A DNA stretch of 64,000 nt, from IMG/VR virus record IMGVR_UViG_3300035492_000225; one strand, written 5' to 3'. Origin of the DNA: a virus. A program made the translations under genes and the position numbers. The notes beneath the pieces are model-generated. The model saw nothing but the letters and a program-made list of their open reading frames with translations. It was not told the DNA's origin and did not search any database. Below are positions 8,857 through 18,347 of this stretch, piece by piece. Positions within the stretch are counted from its first letter, which is position 1, and every line of letters starts with the position of its first letter.

Positions 8857-9609
8857 CTACTCCTTGATTTTGATTAGACGAATAAACCAAGCAACGGGAT
8901 CGAGTTCCCACTTGGAATTACTTAGATTCCAACGACCAGGGTATTTGTGATGGGTGTTGTGTAGTCCTTCACCACCAAACAGAATTGCCAACAACTTAGA
9001 GTTGGTTGATTTGTCGCCGGTGTCATACGTTTGGTATCCGAACCAATGAATGGCTTTGATGCCGATGAACAACCGTGCCCATTGGACAGCAATAACGGGG
9101 ATCGCCCATACATACACCAGTAGATCAAAGTCAATCAACGCCAGAATAGACATGTACCCAAGTGGATAAAGCAATCCGTACTTCGATGCTCGTTTGGAAT
9201 ACGGATCCTTGGCCAGCTGTCGCAACTGCGCTCGAGTCAACTGACTGCCCTTATAACGGGTGGTGAACGAAAACAGTTGTTTACCATAGTGAAACAGATA
9301 AGGGTCTTTCTCTGTATCCGAGTACTTGTGATGTGCTTGATGGAGAAAGGTATACAGACCCGGATTGTTCATCACCGAACACATGGTCACAGTAAACAAG
9401 ACTTCTTCCCAGAAACGGGTGGTCTTGAACGAGCGATGACAGAAGTACCGATGCAAAGCCGCTGAGAATCCGATGCACCAATAGACCTCAAATGCAACGA
9501 AGCTAGCGATCAGCATCATGGGCTGGAAGTCAGTAATAACGGAATAAAGCGTCAGACTGACTGCAAACCACGTCAGAACTCTTAACGCTCTAGAATTCAT
9601 ATCCCACAT
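8857..9609 (-). CDS. Membrane fatty-acid desaturase (delta-9/DesC-OLE1-like), copy 1
   Basis: His boxes HRYFCH, HQAHH, GEGLHNTHH and terminal WELDP; TGATG coupling to the upstream gene. Confidence 0.92.
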   Translation of the reverse strand: MWDMNSRALRVLTWFAVSLTLYSVITDFQPMMLIASFVAFEVYWCIGFSAALHRYFCHRSFKTTRFWEEVLFTVTMCSVMNNPGLYTFLHQAHHKYSDTEKDPYLFHYGKQLFSFTTRYKGSQLTRAQLRQLAKDPYSKRASKYGLLYPLGYMSILALIDFDLLVYVWAIPVIAVQWARLFIGIKAIHWFGYQTYDTGDKSTNSKLLAILFGGEGLHNTHHKYPGRWNLSNSKWELDPVAWFIRLIKIKE

Positions 9610-10574
9610 CAATATTCTCCTAACTCGCTCAGCAGGTACTCGCAGGTACGTTCTGCAATGAACTCTGGATTTTCGATGGCCTGGTTGAGTTGAATGCGAA
9701 GCACTGCGCGGTCTGGATAGGTGCCCAGTTGAGCACGACCCAACTGACTCATGTCAAGGAACTGTACATGGCCGACGCCAGTGTAATTGGCTTCACCTAC
9801 TGGGAACGAGCTAACAAAGGCATTGCCATTACTCGAACCGGTACCGAATCGCATCATGAGGCGTGAATAATTCTCATGACTGCAGTCGATCTTGTAGAAC
9901 CCATTTTCATCCAGAGAACCACACCCGTAGAGTGAGTAATGACCAAAATGATCTTCGAACCCTGGAATGATTTTGGTCGTCAGGATGTTAGGGTTTCCCA
10001 GTGCTCGACCAAATGCAGTGGCCAGTAATTCCTGAACCCGAATACCATACTTCTTGGCATGGTTTTTAACGATATCGAAATCGATATCAAAAGAAAAATC
10101 GACTGACCGTCCACGAATACCGACAAACGGCTTCACCCGTAGTGTATCTGGGCCTGTTGGTCTGACCTTTGGTGCGGGGTAACCACATTTGTATTCATCG
10201 CGCAGGCTTCCACCCTCAGCCAGCCGCATGATTTCAGTCATCACAAACTTCCATGACCACCCATCGATGAGGTCATGAGAGAACACCAGGTTATAACCAT
10301 CGTCATTTTCGATGATCTTACCGCAGGTAGGTGCCATAATGAAATCTTCTACCTTACCCTTACCCACAGTAACCTTATCAGCATAAATGATCTTGCCCCG
10401 GCGAATAGTTCCTCGCATAAGAGGTATCCGCTGAGAGAGTTCTTGAGCGACTTCGCCCACTTCAGCAAGTGAGGTATGAAACTTGGGAATGACAACGCTA
10501 CCCGATGTCATATCAAGTCCCTTTCCATAGAACGCTTGCTGCATCAATGTTGGTTTTTCTTGTAACGTTGCCAT
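9609..10574 (-). CDS. Stand-alone condensation-domain/CoA-dependent acyltransferase-like protein
   Basis: PTLMQQAFY (C1-like), RIPLMRGTI (C2-like), FSHDLIDGWSW (HHxxxDG-like C3). Confidence 0.7.
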   Translation of the reverse strand: MATLQEKPTLMQQAFYGKGLDMTSGSVVIPKFHTSLAEVGEVAQELSQRIPLMRGTIRRGKIIYADKVTVGKGKVEDFIMAPTCGKIIENDDGYNLVFSHDLIDGWSWKFVMTEIMRLAEGGSLRDEYKCGYPAPKVRPTGPDTLRVKPFVGIRGRSVDFSFDIDFDIVKNHAKKYGIRVQELLATAFGRALGNPNILTTKIIPGFEDHFGHYSLYGCGSLDENGFYKIDCSHENYSRLMMRFGTGSSNGNAFVSSFPVGEANYTGVGHVQFLDMSQLGRAQLGTYPDRAVLRIQLNQAIENPEFIAERTCEYLLSELGEY

Positions 10575-10595
10575 ATTTGCTCCTTGGGTTATAAA

Positions 10596-10621
10596 TCAGG
10601 GTAGGGTTTCCCCTACCCTGA
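10596..10621. terminator. Hairpin
   Basis: tcagggtaggg-tttc-ccctaccctga between 10574 and 10631. Confidence 0.6.
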
Positions 10622-10630
10622 CATACTTAC

Positions 10631-11296
10631 TTAGGTCCAGAACTCAGGTGAGAAGATCGGGATGAGGTCATAACGTTCACGGGCGATGGAGGGCTCACCC
10701 GCTTCTGCAATGAATTCGTCAACACCAACCTGATACATGTACATGACAAACGCATCTTCGGTGGTATTGTTGGTGATAACATAGTCAATCGGTTGAGTAA
10801 GACTCAAGTGTTGGAAAAGATTGTAGTCGTTACTACCAATGGTGATACCACCTTCAACAACAAACAGATGACGCTGCATTCCTGGTCGATCGTGGGTGAT
10901 GGTTATTGATTCACCGGGTGCCAGTGGGTAGTTGGTTTGCAGGAAAATACCTTCAGATGGATCTCGCAGAGTCACGCACCAGAACTCATTATACTCATCC
11001 AGACCCTTGAAACCAGCTCCACCTTCAGTTGCCCAACGTACCGGTGTCATCTGCTCCCCACGTTCACGGGTGAATGGGGCGTTGCCATGGGGGGTGATTT
11101 CGATATGACCTCTGACAAAGGCATTGGCCCTGTACGTATTGAAACCGAGTTTGTCATTGGGAGCTGGCAATCGACAAATGGGTGGTACGTTGGTCGGAGT
11201 GTTGTTGAATTCATTCTGACCGAGTACCAGACGAGTGACAATGAATTTGGATGCGACGAGTTTAACTGTCCATGGGTTTTCTTTGAATATATTCAT
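10631..11296 (-). CDS. Hypothetical protein, possibly cupin-like beta fold
   Basis: RHLFVVEGGITIG-type beta strands; fold is inference. Confidence 0.6.
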   Translation of the reverse strand: MNIFKENPWTVKLVASKFIVTRLVLGQNEFNNTPTNVPPICRLPAPNDKLGFNTYRANAFVRGHIEITPHGNAPFTRERGEQMTPVRWATEGGAGFKGLDEYNEFWCVTLRDPSEGIFLQTNYPLAPGESITITHDRPGMQRHLFVVEGGITIGSNDYNLFQHLSLTQPIDYVITNNTTEDAFVMYMYQVGVDEFIAEAGEPSIARERYDLIPIFSPEFWT

Positions 11297-11826
11297 CAGA
11301 TGAATCCTATTGTTCTGGTGTTACCTGCTGCGAGACTGGTGTAGACACCTGAAATGGTGGCAGTACCCAGTACGTAAGTATTACCCGATTTATCAGTCGT
11401 CACCGAGAACGTCATACTGTACTCGGTGCCATTATAAACAACTTTAGTCCAGCCTGGAGTCGTCGTCCCGTTTAGATAAACCCTGAGAGAATTCTGGAAT
11501 GTTGAAGTAGACACCACTTTACGAATTGTCCGGCCGTTATAGCTATTATTGCTGATCGAACCATACGAACCTGTTGTTAGCGCGTTGTCATCTGTGACAA
11601 TCCCGTCGCTAAAACCACGTATAGTTGCATAAACGCCGGATGCTTGTGCCGAGGTAATGGTTCGAGTGCTGAAGGCACTCTTATTGCGTAGATCGGTGAG
11701 TTTGATTGGACCTGAAGCGATACCTGCCAGAGAACGGACCAAGGGATCCGTCAATTTGAAACGACCAGTTATCCCAAGCTCTGTGGCGACATCGCTCATT
11801 TTGATGGCACCGGTTGGAGTCGTCAT
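11296..11826 (-). CDS. Putative tail-tip/adhesin-associated protein
   Basis: N-terminal TPTGAIKMSDVATELG...VRSLAG..SGPIKLTDL motif of the kind seen next to S74-capped fibres; S/T/G-rich body. Confidence 0.55.
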   Translation of the reverse strand: MTTPTGAIKMSDVATELGITGRFKLTDPLVRSLAGIASGPIKLTDLRNKSAFSTRTITSAQASGVYATIRGFSDGIVTDDNALTTGSYGSISNNSYNGRTIRKVVSTSTFQNSLRVYLNGTTTPGWTKVVYNGTEYSMTFSVTTDKSGNTYVLGTATISGVYTSLAAGNTRTIGFI

Positions 11827-11828
11827 GA

Positions 11829-12050
11829 TCAGATCTCCTCACTGTCACCAATGCCGATGACGGGTTGTGCATTGGTCAACCCAGTGAGACGTGCATGAGC
11901 AACACCAGCCAGGAAGGCGTGTGCATTGCTTTCAAATGAATCGATGTTGTCAGGCAGCTCGCAGTTCTGAGTGGCGATCTCGTTCTCACCATAGGTAACG
12001 ACAAAGCGACCATCTGGTAGGATGGTCTGTACTTCTTTGATAAATGCCAT
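11829..12050 (-). CDS. Small hypothetical protein (73 aa)
   Basis: ATG 12050 behind GAGG; the longer ORF-track start runs into a terminator. Confidence 0.6.
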   Translation of the reverse strand: MAFIKEVQTILPDGRFVVTYGENEIATQNCELPDNIDSFESNAHAFLAGVAHARLTGLTNAQPVIGIGDSEEI

Positions 12051-12094
12051 GATTGGATCCTCGTCTATTTCATAGGGTACTGGCGAGTGGTATG

Positions 12095-12123
12095 AAAAAA
12101 CTAGGGAGGGGATGTCCCCTCCC
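12095..12123 (-). terminator. Intrinsic terminator after the tail fibre gene
   Basis: gggagggga-tg-tcccctccc followed by U6 on the minus strand. Confidence 0.75.
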
Positions 12124-12135
12124 ATTTATGCTGAA

Positions 12136-15100
12136 TTACTTAGTGATGAGGGCTCGGAGTTCAGCCATTTCGCCACGAAGTGCATTGAGTTCGACTCGAA
12201 GATCATCGATCTCTTTGTCCTTCTCTGATTTCAGTTCTTTCAGCGCCTCTACCAACAGAGGTACAACTCGACCCAGGTTGAACGTCAGGTAATTCTCACC
12301 AGAGATGGAATTACCGTTTTCATCACGATCGAAACCAGCAATACTGACTGCTTCAGGCAATACCTTCTGAACGTCTTGAGCCGACAGAGATACCACACGG
12401 GCGTCGGTATCAAAACCTGCCATTGCAACAGCTTCAGGTGTCCAGCTATAGACAAAGCCATTCAACTGCATGACCTTAGACAGAGCATCATCCAGGTAGA
12501 CGATGTCTTTCTTCAGTCGCATGTCAGAAGCACCAGCCTCTACGTCGGTAGTCGCGAAGAGATTGGTAACATACAGATCACCATCGTAGTTAAGGCGAGT
12601 GGTGTTCGACGGAGCAGTAGTACCACCATACATCTTACCAGCGACCTTGGTGGTGCCGTTATACTTAATGGCACCTGCTGTAGTAGAACCAGCCGCGATG
12701 TCGGTAATAGACACGCCACTGGTATCAGCAGTAATACCGACGTTACCAGAAACGCTGAAGGTAGTACCACTCAAACCGATGCCAGCTCCAGCCGAATAAG
12801 TGGTGTTGGTGTCAGTGGCATTGATAGTCAGGTTGGGGTACGTGCCACTGATTGACACGTTAGTGCCACCAGTCAGACTGACGTTACTCAATCCATCTAG
12901 CTTCGACTTGTCTGACGCAGTCAATACACCTGCCAGCGATGTGGTAGCAGCTGGTAGGGTGGCATTGGTACCGGTAGAGCTAACAACAGTCAAAGTGCTC
13001 GCAGCAGTGCTAACAGACAAGTTAGTTGCTACGTTTACCTGAGCGCCAGCTGCGATGCCATCGAGCTTGGTTTTATCAGCAGAAGTCAGTACCCCGGCGA
13101 GGGAAGTAGTCGCAGCCGGAAGAGCCACGTTACTACCAGTAGAACTGGTCACTGTTACTGCGGTGGTGGTGCGACTTACACCCAGGTTGGTAGCGACGTT
13201 TACCTGCGCACCAGTTTCGATACCATTCAGTTTCGTCAAAAGAGCGGTAGTGAACTCCTCACCAGATAGACTGAACGCAGTGCCAGACAGACTCAAACCG
13301 GTGCCTGCGGTGTACGTAGTGTTAGTATCTGTCGAGTTGATAGTGATGCTCTGACCTGATTGACTGATACTGACATTGCTACCAGCCAACAGAGTGACAT
13401 CACCACTGACATAACTACCTGCTGCCGTACCACGGAGACGATTGGCGGTCGCTCCAGTAGCAACACCATCAAGCTTGGTTTTATCAGCAGACGACATCAC
13501 ACCAGCAAGCGAGGTAGTCGCTGCTGCCAGCGCAATATTGCTTCCGGTGGAGCTGTTGACTGTTACAGTACCTGTCGCATAGGTGGCCGACAAGTCGGTC
13601 GCTACGTTCACCTGTGCGCCAGCGGCGATACCGTCGAGTTTGCTCTTGTCTGAACTGGTCATCAATCCAGCTAGAGTTGTGGTTGCAGCTGCAAGTGAAG
13701 TATTAGAACCTGTACTGGATGTGATAGAATAAGTAGTCGATGTCCGGCTACTACCCAAGTTAGTTGCAACGTTGACTTGCGCCCCGGCTTCAATACCGTT
13801 CAATTTGTTCAGATGTGTGGTCGTGAACGATTCGCCAGTCAGACTGAACTCACCGGCGAGCAGCGTGATGCCAGACCCAGCAGTATAGACACCACCAGTA
13901 CTGGCTGAAATAGTAAGATTTGGATAAGTCCCAGAAATGGTGACGTTTGGACCGGCTACGAGGTTGACGTTACTCAGACCATTCAACCTCTCATTGGCTA
14001 CCGACCCACTCCACCAAGCTTCTGTAGCCTGGCGTACTCGGAGAGACGACCACTTGCGGTCAGTGGTAGCTACACCGGCTTCAGCCTCAGTTTGAGATAC
14101 ACTGGACGCATTCCATTGCCGAGAATCGGTCAATCGAGTATCACTGCCTTTTACCACTTGAGAAGTGGTAGCATTGCCAGTAGAAGCAACATCCAGCAAT
14201 GCGGCAGTACCTAGATCAGCAGAGTTTGCTTTCTGCCCGATCTGAGTCATCATGTTATTGATGACATCCGGGTCGTTGTTCAGCGCCGCTGCCAATTCAT
14301 ACACGGTATCGAGAGCTGCTGGCGCTGTACCAACCAATTCCGATACTTTATTGTCGGTATAATTCTGCCACTGAGTCTGAAGGTCAGTAATATGCTGGCC
14401 GTCAATAAGGTCAGCATTCAATCCACTGGCTGGACCGTCGACCGTTAGGATCTTGGTCAGGATTTCTGCAGCAGTGTCATTGACTTGCGCACCGGCTTCA
14501 ATACCGTTCAGCTTGACCTTGTCTGCGGCCGTCATGACACCAGCTAAGGTTGTTGTCGCAGCCGACAAAGTTGCATTGGTTCCAGTGGAACTATTGACAG
14601 TCAGTGTCGAAGCAGCGGTACTGGTGGTCAGGTTAGTTGCCACGTTAGCCTGAGCGCCAGATGCAATACCGTCCAACTTAGCCTTATCCGCTGCAGTCAT
14701 GACACCAGCCAGAGTCTGGGTCGCTGCTGCCATAGTGGCATCGGTTCCGGTGGAACTATTAATCGCTACAGTCGAAGCGGCTGGCACTGTGGTGATGTTA
14801 GTGCCGACGTTCACTTGCGCGCCAGCTTCGATACCATCGAGTTTGGTTTTGTCACTTGCAGTGAGTACACCAGCCTGCGTGGTAGTTACTGCCGGAATGA
14901 CAGCGTCAGTACCAGTAGAACTGGCTACTGTCACCTCAGATGCACTGAGCGATACACTGAGATCAGCTGCTACGTTGACTTGAGCACCTGTCTCGATACC
15001 AGCGAGTTTGGTCTGTTCAGCAGCTGAATACGATACTCCACTCAGCGAGAACTCACTCCCGGTCAAACTGAGACCGGTACCTGCGGTGTACGTGGTGTTA

Positions 15101-16680
15101 GTATCTGTAGCCGAGATTTCCAGGTTGGGGAAAGTACCGGAGATAGTGATGTTAGTGCCTGCAGCGAGGTTAACATTCTCCAGACTATCCAACTTGGTTT
15201 TGTCTGTAGTTCCAGCCCACCATGCAGCGATGGCTTGTCGTACGCGTTGAGCAGTCCATTTACGAGCGGTGGTAGCAGTACCCGCCTCCGCTTCAGTCTG
15301 AGATACAATCGAAGCATTCCAATCACGGGTGTTGGTCAGACGACTATCATCACCCATGACTACCTGCGCAGTAGTCGCGTTAATGCCGGTGCCGGGCACA
15401 TCTTTATAAGCCGCACTACCGAGGTCGCCAGGCTGCACTGCACTGACTGCCAGAGTACCTTGAGCAGAGGTGGCAAAGGAAGATGCGTGCATACCGTCGA
15501 GCAAATCAGCATTCAGTCCAGAGCCAGGTCCGTCAACAGTGAGTAACTTCTGAAGCACATCGGCAGCGGTGTAGCTACCACTGTCCAGTTTCTGACCCAG
15601 TTGAGTCAGGATATTGTTGATCACATCCGGGTCGTTGTTCAGCGCCGTAGCGATCTCATTGATGGTGTCCAGAGTTTCAGGTGCTGTACCGATAAGATCG
15701 CTGATAGCGCTATCGGTGTATGCTTGCCACAATGCCTGAATGGCGGCCAATTGCTGGCCATCGAGCGTATCTGCATCAAGCCCAGAACCAGGACCATCCA
15801 CTGTCTTGATCTTGGTCAGGAGTTGCGCTGCAGTGTCATTGACCTGAGCGCCGCTGGAGATACTGTCGAGTTTTTCTTTATCGACCGCAGCCATCAGACC
15901 CGCTAGAAAGACAGTCGCTGAAGCGATGTCGATGCTGGTGCCAGTGCTGCTGGCGATGGTCATCTTGACATTGTTGTTGGCTGAAATGCTAAGATCAGTA
16001 CCCACGTTGACTTGCGCACCGGCTTCGATCCCAGTCAGTTTAGTCTTCTCAGCAGAGGTGTAATCGTTGCTGGACAACCCTTTACCGACCTCTACATTGA
16101 CTTTACCATCTTGCAACAATTTACCTTGAGCGGCAGTCAGCGCCTGGGTAGTGCTGGTACTGGTCAGTGTATTGTTGAGTTGGAGCAGACCTGTCTGAGT
16201 TGTACTACCAGCACGGATAGCCACCGTGCTGACTGATGTGATTCGACCTTTACTGTCGACATTCAACACCGGTACGGTGATATTGCTGCCATAACTACCA
16301 GCTGTAGCACCGGAATTAGGGAAGCGTGCCAGAGAGAATTCACCAGCACCGATCTTACTGGCATTCAGCGATGGGATGTCGGACTCAACAAGAGTACCAG
16401 TACCGATGATCTGACCACCTGCATTGTATTGTACTTTGGTGGCCCAGCCTGTACCTACGCCAGTTGGTGTCAGTGTGACTGGGATGGTAACGTCAGCACT
16501 ACCATCGATATCCACATTACCTGTCAAAGGACCGGTCAAACTGATGTTGAACGTATCGTTCAAACGAGATGCGCTCTCGGCATTCTCAGTTCTACCCAAC
16601 TTACCGTCTATTTTAGTAGACAATAAACTGAAAAGCTGATCGAGTTTATCTTTCAGCGCATTGATTTTCTGTAATGACAT
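12136..16680 (-). CDS. Long tail fibre protein with C-terminal S74-type intramolecular chaperone
   Basis: T/A/S/G-rich repeats (DKTKLDGIEAGAQVNVATNL...), GLDADTLDG motifs, SDMRLKKDI...LNGFVYSW domain and terminal coiled coil. Confidence 0.9.
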   Translation of the reverse strand: MSLQKINALKDKLDQLFSLLSTKIDGKLGRTENAESASRLNDTFNISLTGPLTGNVDIDGSADVTIPVTLTPTGVGTGWATKVQYNAGGQIIGTGTLVESDIPSLNASKIGAGEFSLARFPNSGATAGSYGSNITVPVLNVDSKGRITSVSTVAIRAGSTTQTGLLQLNNTLTSTSTTQALTAAQGKLLQDGKVNVEVGKGLSSNDYTSAEKTKLTGIEAGAQVNVGTDLSISANNNVKMTIASSTGTSIDIASATVFLAGLMAAVDKEKLDSISSGAQVNDTAAQLLTKIKTVDGPGSGLDADTLDGQQLAAIQALWQAYTDSAISDLIGTAPETLDTINEIATALNNDPDVINNILTQLGQKLDSGSYTAADVLQKLLTVDGPGSGLNADLLDGMHASSFATSAQGTLAVSAVQPGDLGSAAYKDVPGTGINATTAQVVMGDDSRLTNTRDWNASIVSQTEAEAGTATTARKWTAQRVRQAIAAWWAGTTDKTKLDSLENVNLAAGTNITISGTFPNLEISATDTNTTYTAGTGLSLTGSEFSLSGVSYSAAEQTKLAGIETGAQVNVAADLSVSLSASEVTVASSTGTDAVIPAVTTTQAGVLTASDKTKLDGIEAGAQVNVGTNITTVPAASTVAINSSTGTDATMAAATQTLAGVMTAADKAKLDGIASGAQANVATNLTTSTAASTLTVNSSTGTNATLSAATTTLAGVMTAADKVKLNGIEAGAQVNDTAAEILTKILTVDGPASGLNADLIDGQHITDLQTQWQNYTDNKVSELVGTAPAALDTVYELAAALNNDPDVINNMMTQIGQKANSADLGTAALLDVASTGNATTSQVVKGSDTRLTDSRQWNASSVSQTEAEAGVATTDRKWSSLRVRQATEAWWSGSVANERLNGLSNVNLVAGPNVTISGTYPNLTISASTGGVYTAGSGITLLAGEFSLTGESFTTTHLNKLNGIEAGAQVNVATNLGSSRTSTTYSITSSTGSNTSLAAATTTLAGLMTSSDKSKLDGIAAGAQVNVATDLSATYATGTVTVNSSTGSNIALAAATTSLAGVMSSADKTKLDGVATGATANRLRGTAAGSYVSGDVTLLAGSNVSISQSGQSITINSTDTNTTYTAGTGLSLSGTAFSLSGEEFTTALLTKLNGIETGAQVNVATNLGVSRTTTAVTVTSSTGSNVALPAATTSLAGVLTSADKTKLDGIAAGAQVNVATNLSVSTAASTLTVVSSTGTNATLPAATTSLAGVLTASDKSKLDGLSNVSLTGGTNVSISGTYPNLTINATDTNTTYSAGAGIGLSGTTFSVSGNVGITADTSGVSITDIAAGSTTAGAIKYNGTTKVAGKMYGGTTAPSNTTRLNYDGDLYVTNLFATTDVEAGASDMRLKKDIVYLDDALSKVMQLNGFVYSWTPEAVAMAGFDTDARVVSLSAQDVQKVLPEAVSIAGFDRDENGNSISGENYLTFNLGRVVPLLVEALKELKSEKDKEIDDLRVELNALRGEMAELRALITK
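13860..15850 (-). repeat. Internal duplications in the tail fibre gene (two large blocks plus ~50-aa units)
   Basis: catccgggtcgttgttcagcgccg occurs near 14265 and 15625; AQVNV...AATTTLAGV..AADK unit recurs many times; bounds approximate. Confidence 0.8.
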
Positions 16681-16723
16681 GACTACATCCTTTTATGGGA
16701 CACTTTAAATTAGAAACTGACTA

Positions 16724-17218
16724 TCAGATATAACACTGTCTAACAGAGATCTTAGCAGTGGCGGTAGCCGGACAACCATACGCCACTGCCTGATAGAACT
16801 GCCAGGCTAGATGTACAGCACTCGTGCCGCTCTTAACGACCCCGTCATTTTTATAATCGTTAGGGTTTACCGCGTTGGCGTTGTATACCCCTACCTCGGT
16901 GAAATCTTCTGGCGCAGGGGCAGGTGTGTTGTATACCCCTTCATTAGTACCGTACCAACAAGGACCTGTACCCATCGCCACTACATTCCGATATAGGTTA
17001 TTCCCAACGACATACTGTCCCTTATACCCACGCACACCGACAGCGTTGTTGACTCGATTATAGGAAGAGCTACGTTCTTCGACACTTGAATCAGGGACAA
17101 AGACTGCTTTATCCCGATCGTTGAACACTTTAATGAATCTACTGGCAAGTGGTCTGAATTCAACACCACCTGGACCAATGTCCATAATCAAATTGGCACC
17201 GGGTTCAATTCTAGCCAT
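16724..17218 (-). CDS. Hypothetical, probably tail-associated protein
   Basis: ORF directly upstream of the fibre gene; TGATG overlap with the upstream gene. Confidence 0.65.
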   Translation of the reverse strand: MARIEPGANLIMDIGPGGVEFRPLASRFIKVFNDRDKAVFVPDSSVEERSSSYNRVNNAVGVRGYKGQYVVGNNLYRNVVAMGTGPCWYGTNEGVYNTPAPAPEDFTEVGVYNANAVNPNDYKNDGVVKSGTSAVHLAWQFYQAVAYGCPATATAKISVRQCYI

Positions 17219-17598
17219 CACACACTCCTGTAACCATCAGAGACAGAGATTGAATCATTGATGTTGTTCTGGAGCCAGTCTTTGAATGAATCGACCATAG
17301 CTTGGATGGTGTCAGGATAGCCTAGACCTTCCCACACCCTGACACCGTACTTAAAGCAGACGACCGAAGGCATCACTGGTGGAGCAAATAATGGAATCTT
17401 GTCGTCTATAACGAGTTCGTACAATTCGGCAACAGCTTCCAGTTGGGACAGGATGTCTTCAGCGAGAATGGCTTTTTTAAGAAGTTCACAGTGATGGCAT
17501 CCCTCAAGATTCATGATGACTAATCTAGGAGTATCATCTTTATCACTGAAGGCATTATCCATGATTTCCTGAAGTTCAGTCAATGTAACTTGTTTCAT
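17218..17598 (-). CDS. Thioredoxin-fold protein
   Basis: EGCHHCELLK CxxC motif, VMPSVVCFKYG cis-Pro-like segment. Confidence 0.75.
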   Translation of the reverse strand: MKQVTLTELQEIMDNAFSDKDDTPRLVIMNLEGCHHCELLKKAILAEDILSQLEAVAELYELVIDDKIPLFAPPVMPSVVCFKYGVRVWEGLGYPDTIQAMVDSFKDWLQNNINDSISVSDGYRSV

Positions 17599-17608
17599 GA
17601 CTCACTCC

Positions 17609-18181
17609 TCAGGTATTGTACAGGTAATTATCAGCGAATACTTCACCATTCACTGTGATGTCACCAGTGACGACGCCACCTGTCAGCGGCAGATAAGATT
17701 CGGTCAAGGCAATGGTAATTTCGCTTCCGTTTTGAGTAATGGAAATACCCTGACCTGCGACAAGGGTTATATCACCGTTTAGATAGACTGAACCAGATCC
17801 ACCACGTAGACGAGTAGATTGACCAGCTGCTGCCAATGCATCGGTCAGACCCGTGATCTTACTTTGCGGCAACTGTGGGATATCATTGGCAACCAACAGT
17901 GTTGCTCCAGTAACTCGACCCTTGGCGTCATAGGTCAATTTGGTGCCAGTTCCAGCAGTAACCACATTCTTCAACCCGATGTCCAGCGTCACATCCTGGT
18001 CACCATAAAACGGGATAGTCGATGCATTGACATCACCCGATAAAAGGATGTTAGGTTCTCCTGAAAGGCGCTGGGCGGCGACAGCGGTTTCATTGCGACC
18101 TAGTTTGGTATTTACTTTGTCGCTGATGGAGTCCAATAACTCCATGAATTTTATTTTGAGTTGCTCGATACTTAGTTCCAT
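17609..18181 (-). CDS. Short tail-fibre paralogue (190 aa)
   Basis: Shares the N-terminal KLGR.E.A..A.RL, DVT...TK..Y.A.G...DIP.L..SKI and RLRG...GD.TL.AG modules with 12136..16680. Confidence 0.75.
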   Translation of the reverse strand: MELSIEQLKIKFMELLDSISDKVNTKLGRNETAVAAQRLSGEPNILLSGDVNASTIPFYGDQDVTLDIGLKNVVTAGTGTKLTYDAKGRVTGATLLVANDIPQLPQSKITGLTDALAAAGQSTRLRGGSGSVYLNGDITLVAGQGISITQNGSEITIALTESYLPLTGGVVTGDITVNGEVFADNYLYNT

Positions 18182-18306
18182 GTCACCAACCCGTTGTATG
18201 TGCTTAAGGGTGTTATAGCCAAGGACTGGCTAGCATTAGAGTACATAGAAATAGTTCATTTTTAACTGATCAGACAAAGAAAAAATAAGATGGATTACAT
18301 GATGAC

Positions 18307-18344
18307 GACATAGAGAGGATGGTCTAGACCATCCTCTCTATGTC
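18307..18344. repeat. Perfect 38-bp palindrome, CATAGAGAGG family
   Basis: gacatagagaggatggtc-ta-gaccatcctctctatgtc. Confidence 0.9.
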
Positions 18345-18347
18345 TTG

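Noticed and set aside
11829-12050. Acyl carrier protein for the desaturase cluster
   Set aside because: The size fits, but there is no D-S-L phosphopantetheine motif or ACP helix pattern
12376-16639. Many plus-strand ORFs within the tail fibre
   Set aside because: Shadow frames caused by repetitive T/A/S/G codons
12136-16680. Possible diversity-generating retroelement (repeats in a fibre gene)
   Set aside because: No reverse transcriptase in the window, and repeat differences are not adenine-specific
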